Source: an uncultured Planctomycetaceae bacterium
GTDB lineage: Bacteria; Planctomycetota; Planctomycetia; Planctomycetales; Planctomycetaceae
Length of the DNA: 64,000 nucleotides
Reading direction: 5' to 3'
Assembly: GCA_963976765.1 (NCBI GenBank)
Contig: CAXBME010000001.1
Coordinates: forward strand, 434,001-498,000
The translations under genes and the position numbers were made by a program. The notes below the pieces were generated by a model, which saw only the letters and a program-made list of their open reading frames with translations, was not told where the DNA came from and made no database searches. Positions 10,465 to 20,462 of the stretch are shown here, in pieces (the first letter of the stretch is position 1; every line of letters starts with the position of its first letter).

Positions 10465-11868
10465 GTGGCGGTTTCAACGGAAACTTTCGCAACTACAATG
10501 GCTGACTCTCCGCTGGAAATTGACCATCAGCCAACCGCCCCGCCTCAGCCGACCAGGAAGAATGACATGTACCTTCGGATGGCCAAACGCGTCCTGCTCG
10601 AAACTGACAAACGTCTCGTTTGGAAGTTCTTCCGAAACATGGGCATTCGTGGGACGATGTCCGTCCTTAAGTTCAAACGACGACTCAAACGCGGTGAATA
10701 CTTCCCGCCGTTTCTGTACGTCTCGGTGATCAACAGCTGCAACTTGAGATGTCAGGGCTGCTGGGTCGACGTCGCAGCGAAACAGCAGACGATCGATCTA
10801 CAGGCCATGTCCAAGCTCATCACCGAAGCGAAAGAGATGGGCAACGCGTTCTTTGGCATCGTGGGCGGCGAGCCGTTCATGCACCCGGAGCTGCTCGAAA
10901 TCTTCGAGGCTCACCCGGACTGCTACTTCCAGGTCTTCACCAACGGGCACTTCATCACCGACGACGTTGCCAAACGGCTGCGTAAAGCCGGCAACGTCAC
11001 GCCACTGATCAGCGTGGAAGGAACTGAGATCGTCAGCGACGAGCGTCGCGGTCGCGAGGGCGTGCTTAGTAAGACGATGCAGGGAGTGCAGGCCTGCATC
11101 GACAATCGGCTGCTGACCGGAGTCTGCACCAGCGTCTGCAAAACAAACATCGACGAACTGGTCACCGAACAATGGACTGACCGGTTGATCGAAATGGGCG
11201 TTTTCTACACCTGGTTCCATATCTATCGACCGATGGGCCCAGACGCGTCTCCGGAATTGTGCCTTACTCCCGAACAGCAACTGCGAGTTCGCGAGTTCGT
11301 CGTCGAGATGCGAGCTAAGAAACCAATCGCCATCGTCGACGCCTACTACGACGGCGAAGGCAAAGCACTCTGTCCGGCGGCCACCGGCATCAGCCACCAC
11401 ATCAACCCGTGGGGCGATATCGAACCGTGCCCGATCATCCAGTTTGCCACCGACAGTATCCATGACGAATCGAAAACGCTGCGTGAAAAATTTGCGTCGA
11501 AATATCTTTCCGACTTCCGCAAGCTGGCGTCATCGACGACTCGGGGATGCATCGTCCTGGAACGTCCCGACCTGCTCGAGGAACTCGTCGTGCTGCACGA
11601 TGCCAAAGACGCGACGGTTCGTAAAACGGCAATCGCCGAATTGCAGAACATGGAAGTGCGAACGTCGCAGTTCAACCCTGAAAAACAGATTCCCGAAAAG
11701 AGCTGGGTGTACCGCCTGGTGAAGCGTTTTCTGTTTAACGACTTCGGAGCGTACGACGGCCACGACCATACTGATTCAGCCGCTCCGTTCCTGCTGCAGG
11801 CTCGTAAGCAGGATGGTCCGCTGCAGAAGGATGGTCGTCCGGCGGCATCCGCAAGCCAGCATCCCTGA
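10465..11868 (+). CDS. Radical SAM protein with twitch/SPASM-like C-terminal region (start may be ATG 10498)
   Basis: CNLRCQGC, GGEP, FTNG, CPAATG..HINPWGDIEPCP. Confidence 0.92.
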   Translation: MAVSTETFATTMADSPLEIDHQPTAPPQPTRKNDMYLRMAKRVLLETDKRLVWKFFRNMGIRGTMSVLKFKRRLKRGEYFPPFLYVSVINSCNLRCQGCWVDVAAKQQTIDLQAMSKLITEAKEMGNAFFGIVGGEPFMHPELLEIFEAHPDCYFQVFTNGHFITDDVAKRLRKAGNVTPLISVEGTEIVSDERRGREGVLSKTMQGVQACIDNRLLTGVCTSVCKTNIDELVTEQWTDRLIEMGVFYTWFHIYRPMGPDASPELCLTPEQQLRVREFVVEMRAKKPIAIVDAYYDGEGKALCPAATGISHHINPWGDIEPCPIIQFATDSIHDESKTLREKFASKYLSDFRKLASSTTRGCIVLERPDLLEELVVLHDAKDATVRKTAIAELQNMEVRTSQFNPEKQIPEKSWVYRLVKRFLFNDFGAYDGHDHTDSAAPFLLQARKQDGPLQKDGRPAASASQHP

Positions 11869-12193
11869 TCAAGAAACGATCCTGAAAAAAATCGCTGTAC
11901 GAGGCCGGGCACCAGCAGGACAGCCAGTACGGGAAAGCAGTTGATTTCGCCAAATCCAGGAAACACTGATCACCGCTAATTACTCTGGAAGTCAGTGTCA
12001 TTCAGTGTTCATTCTTCTGGACTGATCGGACTGTGGCCGACTTACCGAGAAGTCTTTATCCTGACATCGGCGGAGAAAATCGGTCGATGATCCGAAGCTT
12101 ATCGGAAGCGTTGTTCGCCGCCTGTCGAAATTCAATCCCGCGTTCACAATACGTTGCCCTTTTTCAATCACATCCCAGCAGACAGGAACCAGC

Positions 12194-13054
12194 ATGTCTG
12201 AAGAGAATGCCGCGACACCACCTGACGTTTCCTCCCCGAGCAGCAAAAGTCCTGCCGAAGCTTTGGAAGACAAGCATCCTGCGCACGCGAAAACGATCTA
12301 CCTGATCTCGTATCCGAAGATCGTCTTTCTTTATCCGACGTTCTTCACGGCGTTGCTGGCCGGACTGATCATCTGGTGGGGCGGTGAAGTTAATGAGAAG
12401 ACCAATGTAGCCGCCGCTGCGGAAACGAGTGTCGATAAGAATGCTGATGCGGAATCGAAAACGTCGGACGTTCCAGCCAGTCACCTGCAGGTTACTCACA
12501 GTCGAACCCAGGAAGTCGCAACGCTGCTCTTTCTTGGAGTTTTAACTTTGAATCTGTGCGTGGTCACGTTCGACTTTCCTCGTACCACATCGCTGACGCT
12601 CTTCTTCTTCATCGCGATGCTGGTCATGGGCTGCTTCCTGACTTTTACTTACAAACCGGATCTGGTGCCGGCAATTGGCGAATTCTTCCAGCACCTCAAG
12701 CCCTGGGCGAATGCGCAATTCTTCTTCCTGATTGCCGCGATACTGTTCTGTTTCTATCTGGCTGTGCTCGTGGCCGTCCGGTACGACTACTGGGAAGTTC
12801 GGCCGAACGAGCTGCTTCACCATCACGGCTTTCTTTCAGACTTGAAGCGTTATCCTGCTCCCAATCTGCGGATCGACAAAGAGATCAACGACGTGTTCGA
12901 ATACATGCTGCTTCGTTCCGGGCGATTGATTCTGCACGCTCGCCACGAAACGAGAGCCATCGTTCTGGACAATGTTCTCTTTATTAATCACAAGGAACAG
13001 CTTCTGACCAAGATGCTCGGCGCGTTGCAGGTATCAGTCCGTGACGACGAATAA
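12194..13054 (+). CDS. Hypothetical multi-pass membrane protein
   Basis: 286 aa, about 4 hydrophobic segments, AGGA RBS, coding-like codon usage. Confidence 0.85.
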   Translation: MSEENAATPPDVSSPSSKSPAEALEDKHPAHAKTIYLISYPKIVFLYPTFFTALLAGLIIWWGGEVNEKTNVAAAAETSVDKNADAESKTSDVPASHLQVTHSRTQEVATLLFLGVLTLNLCVVTFDFPRTTSLTLFFFIAMLVMGCFLTFTYKPDLVPAIGEFFQHLKPWANAQFFFLIAAILFCFYLAVLVAVRYDYWEVRPNELLHHHGFLSDLKRYPAPNLRIDKEINDVFEYMLLRSGRLILHARHETRAIVLDNVLFINHKEQLLTKMLGALQVSVRDDE

Positions 13055-13156
13055 CGAATAAGTCGAAACTCTGATGACCATCATCGATTTCGCCCTGTCT
13101 GAATCGGCAGCATTGCCAGTTACAGACAGGGCGTTTCTTTGTGGCTGAGGCAGAAT

Positions 13157-13876
13157 ATGCGTGGTCTGTTTGTCACCGGAACCGACACCGATGTCGGAAA
13201 GACGTACGTTTCGTCGATCATCCTGAGGGAACTGATTGATGCCGGTTTCAGAGTGGGGGGGGCGAAGCCTGCCTGCAGCGGAGCCGTCCTCGTAAATGGC
13301 GAGTCGCGGTGGGCGGACCTCGACCAGCTGGCAGAGGCAGCCCGGATCTCGGACGTCGGCCTGATCTGCACTCAGAAGTTTAAGGCCCCGCTTGCTCCAC
13401 CGGTTGCTGCTCGGCTTGAAGGCAGGCAGCCGGATCTGCTGGCCATGCAGGAAAATTTTCTGGCGTGGGACAGTCGTGCGGACATCGTCGTTGTCGAAGG
13501 CGTCGGCGGACTGCTTTGTCCGCTAACCGATCAGCAGTCAGTTGCCGACTTCGCGGCGTGGGTCGGTTTTCCACTGTTGATTGTCGCCCGGCTCGGCCTG
13601 GGCACGATCAATCACACGCTGCTGACGATCGAGGCAGCCACACGTCGCGACATCCCCATTGCTGGCATCATTCTGAACGATGGAGAAGGTCTGGCGGATA
13701 CTCCCGCCGGGCAGACGAACTTCGACGAACTGACGAACCGGACCGATGTGCCGGTACTCGGAATCGTTGGTCATGCCACGCGATCTATCAGCTTGCGGGA
13801 TGGAGAAACGCCCGCCAGAATAGCCTGGCCAGGGTTGGCAGGTTTTCGTAGAAACGACGGAGCAATTTCGCAATAG
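13157..13876 (+). CDS. bioD: Dethiobiotin synthase
   Basis: FVTGTDTDVGKT, KP, VVEGVGG, LGLGTINHTLLT, GIILN. Confidence 0.95.
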   Translation: MRGLFVTGTDTDVGKTYVSSIILRELIDAGFRVGGAKPACSGAVLVNGESRWADLDQLAEAARISDVGLICTQKFKAPLAPPVAARLEGRQPDLLAMQENFLAWDSRADIVVVEGVGGLLCPLTDQQSVADFAAWVGFPLLIVARLGLGTINHTLLTIEAATRRDIPIAGIILNDGEGLADTPAGQTNFDELTNRTDVPVLGIVGHATRSISLRDGETPARIAWPGLAGFRRNDGAISQ

Positions 13877-14070
13877 CTGGCCCCAGTAGATTAATGAGCA
13901 GTGTGCGTCTTGACGCACCAGCGATTCTCTTTTCGGACGGTCATGTTCAGGCCGTTTCCGAAACCCACCCGATAAATTTCTCTGGATCATCCCTCGCGCT
14001 CCGCCATCTTCGTTGAGAAGTGAATTGGCATCGGCGAGCCTGAGTTTCAGACTTCTAAGAGTTCTCAATT

Positions 14071-15411
14071 ATGGCGTTTGAAGTTGCGTGCAGCGAGTGC
14101 GAAGGTCGACTGATGGTCGAAGAGGCTGGAGTTATCGTCGCCTGTCCTCACTGCGGAGCCCATCTCAACATTGAAGCTCCGGCAGGCTCGGAAACAGTAT
14201 CGACGGACGGCACAGCCGGCCCCCTGGATGAGCGATCGACTAACAGTTCGAACGAGATTCCCGAGACAGTTGCCGGTCAGTCAGCCGAACCATTGCCGGC
14301 CACCGAGTCATTAGCCACAGTGGCGGCAACTGTCGAAACCGTCGATCAGGAAACTCCGGCGGCGACGACTCCAAATGAAGACGGCAATGCGCTGCTGGCT
14401 GAAGATTCGGCGACAGTTGAAGAGTCCGGCAGCGTCTCAGCTAACGAAACAACTCCGGCAGAAGAAGCCCTCACGCCGCTGTTCGCAGGAGTTCCCGACG
14501 AGGTTCAACAGCCAGAGACAGAATTCACAGCCTCGGCTGCTCAAACCGAACATCCGACAACCGCCGAACCGCAAACAGCTGCCGACTCAGCAAATTCAGC
14601 CGAAGCACCAATCATCACCAGCGTGGCTGCTGGCCGAGGCGTTTCCCGGCACACGTTCACGCTGGTTCGCAACTACGCAATCGCCATGACGATCGCGGTT
14701 ATCTTTCTTGTCTACAAACTGCTGAATCCGAACATGTCAGCTCTGGAAAGTTTGCCGGATGTAAAACCGCAGAAGAAGGACGACAAGATCGTTTACAAGC
14801 TGGTTCCGGAAGCTACCCAAATGCCGCCGGGGCATCTGTTATCGCTCGGGCGATCGCAACGGTTCGGCAACCTGCTGGTGACGCCCGTTCGGGTAACCAA
14901 AGAGCCGATCGAATTCGTCCATCATCTCGGCGATACCGGTGTCTCGCGAGAAGCGGGCCCGGAAGTGGTGAAGCTTTGGTTTGAGTTCGAAAACCTCTCG
15001 ACCGATCAGCACATCGCACCGCTCGACGGGCTTGTCTTCAAACGAGACGACAACGACTTCGAAAATGTACGATCGAACAACTTCGCCTGTCGCCTGTCGC
15101 AAAAGAAGAAAGGCGGAGAACTTGCGTTTGTTTACGATCTCAACGAATTCGACATCTGGAACCTGCGCGACCAGAACGTCGAGCAGGAAATCGCTCCCGG
15201 CGAGAAACTGACAACGTACATCCCAACTACCGAAGAAGGCGTCGCTCAACTGATGGACTCAGGCGAGCCGCTCGTCTGGCGAGTCCACTTCCGCAAAGGC
15301 TACAGCCCGAAGAACTACGGAGTAACCACCGTCATCGAAGTCGCGTTCGAAAGCTCCGATATCGGAGCCGCTCCAAAATCCGACGAACCAGCAAACAAAA
15401 ACGCGGCATAG
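14071..15411 (+). CDS. Hypothetical bitopic membrane protein with N-terminal Zn ribbon
   Basis: CSEC...CPHC, long A/E/T/P-rich linker, one TM helix, globular C-terminus. Confidence 0.85.
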   Translation: MAFEVACSECEGRLMVEEAGVIVACPHCGAHLNIEAPAGSETVSTDGTAGPLDERSTNSSNEIPETVAGQSAEPLPATESLATVAATVETVDQETPAATTPNEDGNALLAEDSATVEESGSVSANETTPAEEALTPLFAGVPDEVQQPETEFTASAAQTEHPTTAEPQTAADSANSAEAPIITSVAAGRGVSRHTFTLVRNYAIAMTIAVIFLVYKLLNPNMSALESLPDVKPQKKDDKIVYKLVPEATQMPPGHLLSLGRSQRFGNLLVTPVRVTKEPIEFVHHLGDTGVSREAGPEVVKLWFEFENLSTDQHIAPLDGLVFKRDDNDFENVRSNNFACRLSQKKKGGELAFVYDLNEFDIWNLRDQNVEQEIAPGEKLTTYIPTTEEGVAQLMDSGEPLVWRVHFRKGYSPKNYGVTTVIEVAFESSDIGAAPKSDEPANKNAA

Positions 15412-15424
15412 CCGAACGGCTGGT

Positions 15425-15498
15425 GTAGGGTGGGCACTGCCTGTCGGCAAAGAATACGGACGTGCTTTCTTCCGAGTGATTGTCAGTGCCCACCTTAC
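15425..15498. repeat. Inverted pair of GTAG-type REP-like elements (REPIN-like)
   Basis: GTAGGGTGGGCACTG (15425-15439) and an inverted copy cagtgcccaccttac (15484-15498), 14/15 match, between convergent genes. Confidence 0.65.
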
Positions 15499-15587
15499 TG
15501 ACTGTGACGGAAGTGGCGATGCTGCGGGCTTCAGTGCCAGGCTCTGGCGAGTCCGGCTAAGTTTCAAGAAGCTCCCGGCTCACCGAA

Positions 15588-18500
15588 TCAATTGACTTCA
15601 TCCGTCGAGTTTTCTTCATCATCCGTAGCAGGATTCTTTGGAAGCTGCCAGATGATGACGTTCGTGGTACCGAACTGCTGCGGCCCCTTGATCTGGAATT
15701 CAAGATGGGCGATTTCTTCTGGCGACTCTTCAGTGGCTTTCGGAATTCGATTGCTGGCCTCTTCAATAGGAGCCGGGGTTGAGTCGGCTTGTTCGCGCCC
15801 CAGAAGCGCTGCGTTCTCCGAATCGTCAGATTTAGGATCGACAGGGGCAACACTGGAGAAGCCTGAACTTCCCACCGTACCTGCAACCATTGGCGTGTCA
15901 TTTGGATTATCCTGATTCTCGACTCGACCAATGTTTGCCTGCGAGAGCCGAAACGTCATCAGAAACGGGGTGTTCGCCTCAACAAGAACGACGTCTCTTT
16001 CCTTGAGATCGCCGGGCAGCCCCTCTGGGTACCAGATGAAGGGGAGCCCCGTCCAGGGATCGTTCAGCGAAGCGTCAACATCATCCAGTGTGGTTGGCAG
16101 TTCCCCTGATGCTCTTTGCTTTTGAAGAAGCTGAAGCAGAAGCTTCGTAGCTCGAATCCGACATTCCGTATCGGTGTTCTGAACGCAGAGGTGATCTTGT
16201 GCTGGCGCACTGGCAATCATGGCGAACAGCGGTGTGGTCTGTACGGCATGCCGTAGAACATTGTTGGACTCACTGTGTGCGGTCGACGACGCGAGAAACC
16301 AGTCAGCCATGCTGCTTCCGTTCCCGTTATCAGAGATCGCCTGTTGACTTCGGTAAGAAGCCATACTCTCGACGTCGTAGGACTCAAGCGTGTTCAATAG
16401 TCGTTGGCTGCGAGCCTGTTCGCCAGGAAACTTTGAAGCCAGCAGGATTGGCAGTCGCCCTGAGTTGTCTGTCAGTTCTGCAATCGTGAATGCGTCCGCG
16501 TCGAGCGTGTTTCTGATCATTACTGCCGTCGCATAGTTTGAAATCTCAACCGGCATCATCTGCTCGCGATGCTCGTCGAGTATCTTCGTTGCTTGCTCAA
16601 TCAGTTCGGCGTCGACAGCGGGATGTTGTGCCCATTCCTGAATTGCGGCGAGTGTCTGCCTTGTCAATTCGTGACTCGACCACCAGTTTACTTCTGCACC
16701 CCGACCACCTGCATGACGGCTGAGAGCGAGCGCCGAGCGATAACGATCCAGGGCATTTTCGAGGTTTCCTTTTTCGATCTCTCGTCGCGCGTCGAACAGG
16801 ACCAGGTTTAACGCCGATTGCATTGTCCCAGCGATTGTTGACGTAACTGTTTCGGCAATGTTTGTCGTCGCGGGGCTGACGTCGGCACATGCTGGCAACG
16901 CCGAAGCATCCAGGGTCAGGCGGATGGCTTCTTCGATCACTGGTCGATTTTCCTCAGCAACAGCCTGCCAGATTTCTTCGATCGTGTTCTCACCCGGTCG
17001 CTGATCCAATCGGTTCTTGCCCAGCAGGTCAGCGGCTCGCTGATAAAGTTGAAAGGTGTTTCGTTCTTCTTCAGAAACTGGAGCCAGCACAAACGCTCGC
17101 TGCTCGGCGGTCATGCCATCGTTGAATTCGGCAGACGTTCCATCACTGAAGAACGGCTTTGACCAAGGGATTTCGTAGACGCGGAACAAGCCCGTTCCAA
17201 CATAAACAAAAGCCAGAGCGATAGTGATCGATGCTGTTGGCCAGAGCCAGGTCCGCCCTCGATTGTCGTCAATCATCCAGGACTTTGTGCGGCACCACGT
17301 GACCAGCAGGCAGCCAATTGGCAACGGCAGGACGGACAGAATGAACGGAACGTTGAACCAGTAGCAGACTCCAGCCCAGCCGAATGCTGTCAGTCCCAGA
17401 ATAAACGAGACGAACAGCGACACGATTGTTGAGCGAATTAACTGAGAACAGACCTGCCCGATGCCGTACATCATCAAGGTCAGAATGACGGCTCGTCCGA
17501 ACAGGCGGATGCCGGTGTCGGAGTTAGGCAGTGCATTTGGCAGTTGGGTGTTCAGCCAGGCTTTTTGCGTGAACGACTCGAAACATCCAGCAGAACGTGA
17601 AGTGCCAAAGAGTTCAATGACGATGAGTGCAAAAGTCAGAATCGCGAAAATGCTGATGACTGCTCGTACGAGCCACACAAGATGCTTACTGAACCAAACG
17701 GTCGCCGGTCGAAGTCCCATATCTGCAAGTCGTTGAACTTTTCGCTCGTCCTGTTCGGCTCGAAAAGACATCGCTCCGCAGGCGACGCACGCGGCATGAA
17801 TGAAGAAGCCAGCTACTCCGTGCCATCCAATGCTGTTCACATTTCCGAAAGTGACCCAGACGGTGATTAACATCGTCGCCAGTAGAAAGCCGACGAACAG
17901 CTTTCGAGTTTCGATAGCTTCCTTCCAGCGGAGAAAACGCAAATGTCGAAACAGATCTGGCCACCACATCTCGTAGAGCATGCGCAGGCCGAAACGCGGC
18001 GGTGGCTGATGAACGGCGACTTCCGGGCTGACGACTTCGAAGGCCGTGCGGTCTTCGACGCCGATTTCAACAACCATGCTCCCGTCGAGCCCTGATCGAC
18101 GGAATCTCCAGCGTTTGAAGAACGATGGTGACTTCGCAGACGTTTGGTCAAAGAACGCGCGAGTCAGCCAGCGGTGAGTCAGCAGGTAATTCACGGCAAG
18201 CAGCAATGCAGACAGCAAACACGGAAGCAGTGCTCCAACCAAAAGTTGCGGGCCAGTAATTTGATGAGGCAGTTGTCGTTGCCCGCTTTCCATCATCACG
18301 GCTGATGTTGTGCCGACAACAACGTACGAACCAATCATGGCAACAGCCGCCAGACCGAGTGCGACGATCACTTTCCGAGTCAGCAGCGAAAAGAACATCG
18401 ACCAGAGCAAACAGCCCAGGTACGGCAACGCCACAAACAGCAGCGCCAGTGGGACGATCAATCTCTGCGTGTCGGGTGGGAATGTGTTTTCGGGTAAAGT

Positions 18501-18866
18501 CAAACTGCCACGAGAAAATAGAAGCCCCGAGCAAATTGTGGTTCCCAATAAAAGTGCCGTCGCCACGATGCCGAAAATTGTTTTCACCGAGAGCGTCAAC
18601 CCTGGCGGACAGCCGAGCATGACAGGTCTCAACTGTGTCCCATCTTCCCGCTCGATCGCAAACGTGATTGCCCCGGATCCGATTGCGTAAAAGCCTGTCA
18701 ACATGAAGGCCACCGGCACGATTCCCTGGAATCTTTCCGGGCTGCTGGGCATCAGGAAGGCGATCAATGCCTGCAGCATGACGCTGCCAACAGCCATCGC
18801 CAGCCAGAGTCCACGCTGCATGCGGTACTCTTTCCAGAGAAGTCTCAGAGCGATTGATGAATGCAT
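15588..18866 (-). CDS. Large ABC-2-type permease-like membrane protein with two permease repeats and a C-terminal soluble domain
   Basis: Repeated L.WKE motif and F..E.E/D motifs, many TM helices; lies downstream of an ABC ATPase; start taken as ATG 18866. Confidence 0.85.
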   Translation of the reverse strand: MHSSIALRLLWKEYRMQRGLWLAMAVGSVMLQALIAFLMPSSPERFQGIVPVAFMLTGFYAIGSGAITFAIEREDGTQLRPVMLGCPPGLTLSVKTIFGIVATALLLGTTICSGLLFSRGSLTLPENTFPPDTQRLIVPLALLFVALPYLGCLLWSMFFSLLTRKVIVALGLAAVAMIGSYVVVGTTSAVMMESGQRQLPHQITGPQLLVGALLPCLLSALLLAVNYLLTHRWLTRAFFDQTSAKSPSFFKRWRFRRSGLDGSMVVEIGVEDRTAFEVVSPEVAVHQPPPRFGLRMLYEMWWPDLFRHLRFLRWKEAIETRKLFVGFLLATMLITVWVTFGNVNSIGWHGVAGFFIHAACVACGAMSFRAEQDERKVQRLADMGLRPATVWFSKHLVWLVRAVISIFAILTFALIVIELFGTSRSAGCFESFTQKAWLNTQLPNALPNSDTGIRLFGRAVILTLMMYGIGQVCSQLIRSTIVSLFVSFILGLTAFGWAGVCYWFNVPFILSVLPLPIGCLLVTWCRTKSWMIDDNRGRTWLWPTASITIALAFVYVGTGLFRVYEIPWSKPFFSDGTSAEFNDGMTAEQRAFVLAPVSEEERNTFQLYQRAADLLGKNRLDQRPGENTIEEIWQAVAEENRPVIEEAIRLTLDASALPACADVSPATTNIAETVTSTIAGTMQSALNLVLFDARREIEKGNLENALDRYRSALALSRHAGGRGAEVNWWSSHELTRQTLAAIQEWAQHPAVDAELIEQATKILDEHREQMMPVEISNYATAVMIRNTLDADAFTIAELTDNSGRLPILLASKFPGEQARSQRLLNTLESYDVESMASYRSQQAISDNGNGSSMADWFLASSTAHSESNNVLRHAVQTTPLFAMIASAPAQDHLCVQNTDTECRIRATKLLLQLLQKQRASGELPTTLDDVDASLNDPWTGLPFIWYPEGLPGDLKERDVVLVEANTPFLMTFRLSQANIGRVENQDNPNDTPMVAGTVGSSGFSSVAPVDPKSDDSENAALLGREQADSTPAPIEEASNRIPKATEESPEEIAHLEFQIKGPQQFGTTNVIIWQLPKNPATDDEENSTDEVN

Positions 18867-18945
18867 TGTTTTGCCCTGCTTGATCACCAGACTTCCTCTC
18901 AGGCAGTGTGTGACAGGAGAAAAAGTCTGATGGTGATTACTTCTT

Positions 18946-18983
18946 GCGGCTTCGCCGCACAGGTTGCAGGCAACCTGTGCCAC
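18946..18983 (-). repeat. GTGG-type REP-like palindrome
   Basis: Minus strand GTGGCACAGGTTGC-CT-GCAACCTGTGC (perfect 11-bp stem, 18957-18980) adjoining GCGGCGAAGCCGC. Confidence 0.55.
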
Positions 18984-19030
18984 TCACCGAACACATTGAA
19001 AATGTCCGCCTGGAAACACTCGCAACAACC

Positions 19031-19089
19031 TGAAAAAGCCGGACGCGGAAAAAGGCGAATGCTGCCGGCGTTCCACCACCGCGTCCGGC
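19031..19089 (-). terminator. Terminator-like stem between the ABC ATPase and permease genes
   Basis: 11-bp inverted repeat gccggacgcgg (19038-19048)/ccgcgtccggc (19079-19089) followed by TTTTT on the minus strand; 30-nt loop. Confidence 0.45.
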
Positions 19090-19106
19090 CCCGCACGCTC
19101 ATGACC

Positions 19107-20009
19107 TCAGTTGAGATCCCGTTCTACTTCACCCTGCATGTAGCCGACATAAATGTCTTCCAGCGATGGCTGCCTGACTTCAACGGTCCCAACATTTGCC
19201 CCCTGCTGAAACTCGGCCATTTCAGAATTTCTGGCGTGCCGCACCAGCAACCGCCACTGACGATCCTGTTGCACCTTGTGAATTAACTCGCCCGGCGGTT
19301 TGGGAATGTCCGTCGCTCCGTTCCGTAAAGTGACCGTCAGCTCGCTGAGACTGGTCTTCAACTCGTCCAGCTTTTCGACAATCTCAATCTTCCCGTGCTT
19401 GACGATGCAGACGACGTCGGCGACTCGTTCGACTTCGGGAATCTGATGACTCGACAACAGAACCGTGCGGTCGGTCGCGGCTACGTCCACCATGCTTTCC
19501 AGAAATTCGCGACGGACGATTGGATCGAGGCCCGACGTCGGCTCGTCAAGAATCAGCAATTCCGGATCGTGCGAGATCGACAACGCCAGCCCGACCTTTG
19601 CCTTCATTCCTTTAGACATCGTGCTGATGCGTTTTTTGAGCGGCAGGCCGAATTCACAAATCATCCGCCGGTAATTCTCGACGAACGACTTGTCGTAAAA
19701 GCCGCCGCAGTACCAGCCGATTTCGTCAACGGTCATCCATTCATAGAGCGTTGGTTTGTCGGGGACGTAGCCGATGCGACGTCGAATTTCCTGACCATGA
19801 ATCCAACTGTCGAGGCCAAAGATTCGACCGGAACCACCGTCCGGCTCCAGCAGCCCGAGCAGGATTCGAAGGGCGGTTGTTTTACCCGCGCCGTTTTCGC
19901 CCAGCAGAGCGACAACGGTCCCTCTCTCGCCAGCAAGCGACACATTATCGAGCGCCACCTGGCGGCCGAACTGCTTCGTCACATTTTTCAGTTCAAAGAC
20001 AGCGCTCAT
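19107..20009 (-). CDS. ABC transporter ATP-binding protein (YtrB-like)
   Basis: GENGAGKTT, MSKGMKAK signature, LILDEPTSGLDP, SSH. Confidence 0.95.
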   Translation of the reverse strand: MSAVFELKNVTKQFGRQVALDNVSLAGERGTVVALLGENGAGKTTALRILLGLLEPDGGSGRIFGLDSWIHGQEIRRRIGYVPDKPTLYEWMTVDEIGWYCGGFYDKSFVENYRRMICEFGLPLKKRISTMSKGMKAKVGLALSISHDPELLILDEPTSGLDPIVRREFLESMVDVAATDRTVLLSSHQIPEVERVADVVCIVKHGKIEIVEKLDELKTSLSELTVTLRNGATDIPKPPGELIHKVQQDRQWRLLVRHARNSEMAEFQQGANVGTVEVRQPSLEDIYVGYMQGEVERDLN

Positions 20010-20401
20010 TCTGCGGTCCCCTTTCCGTTCAGCCGAGCCAGCTCGGAATCAATCAGCTGGCGGATTTCGTCAACTTGAAGCTGGCTTTGCTGAGCTTCTT
20101 TCAGCACGGCTCGCAGACGCTCCTGGATCAACCCCTGGCGATCCTTCCGACATTTTTTGACCGCAGCAGTCGTAACCTGAAGCCCGGTCCCTCGGACGAT
20201 GTCCAGAATTCCTTCGGATTGAAGCTCGCGATAAGCCCGGGAAACAGTATTTGGATTGACCGCCGTCTGTTTCGCCATCTCGCGGACCGAAGGAATCAAC
20301 TCGCCCGGCAGAACGACTTCGCTGGCAATCGCGAACTTGATCTGCCGTACGATCTGATCGTAAATCGCCAGCCCATTTGCAGCGTCGATCGAAATGATCA
20401 T
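20006..20401 (-). CDS. GntR-family (YtrA subfamily) transcriptional regulator
   Basis: IYDQI, LPGELIPSVREMA, VNPNTVSRAYREL, short C-terminus; ATG 20401 with GGAG; 4-bp overlap with the ATPase gene. Confidence 0.93.
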   Translation of the reverse strand: MIISIDAANGLAIYDQIVRQIKFAIASEVVLPGELIPSVREMAKQTAVNPNTVSRAYRELQSEGILDIVRGTGLQVTTAAVKKCRKDRQGLIQERLRAVLKEAQQSQLQVDEIRQLIDSELARLNGKGTAE

Positions 20402-20416
20402 GACTAACTCCAACAG

Positions 20417-20462
20417 TGTTCTAGATGGGTAGTACAGTAGGTTGGCGTCGGCAGGATGTCAA
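20417..20462 (-). promoter_or_regulatory. Sigma-70 promoter overlapped by a YtrA-type palindromic operator
   Basis: Minus strand TTGACA(20462-20457)-17 nt-TACTGT(20439-20434); palindrome TGTTCTA-N6-TAGTACA at 20417-20436. Confidence 0.75.

Noticed and set aside
13157..13876. Isolated bioD as a novel pathway signal
   Set aside because: Scattered bio genes are common, and nothing links bioD to the nearby radical SAM gene, which does not look like BioB
18867..18983. N-terminal extension of the permease given by the ORF track
   Set aside because: It starts inside a REP-like palindrome; ATG 18866 gives a typical L.WKE permease start
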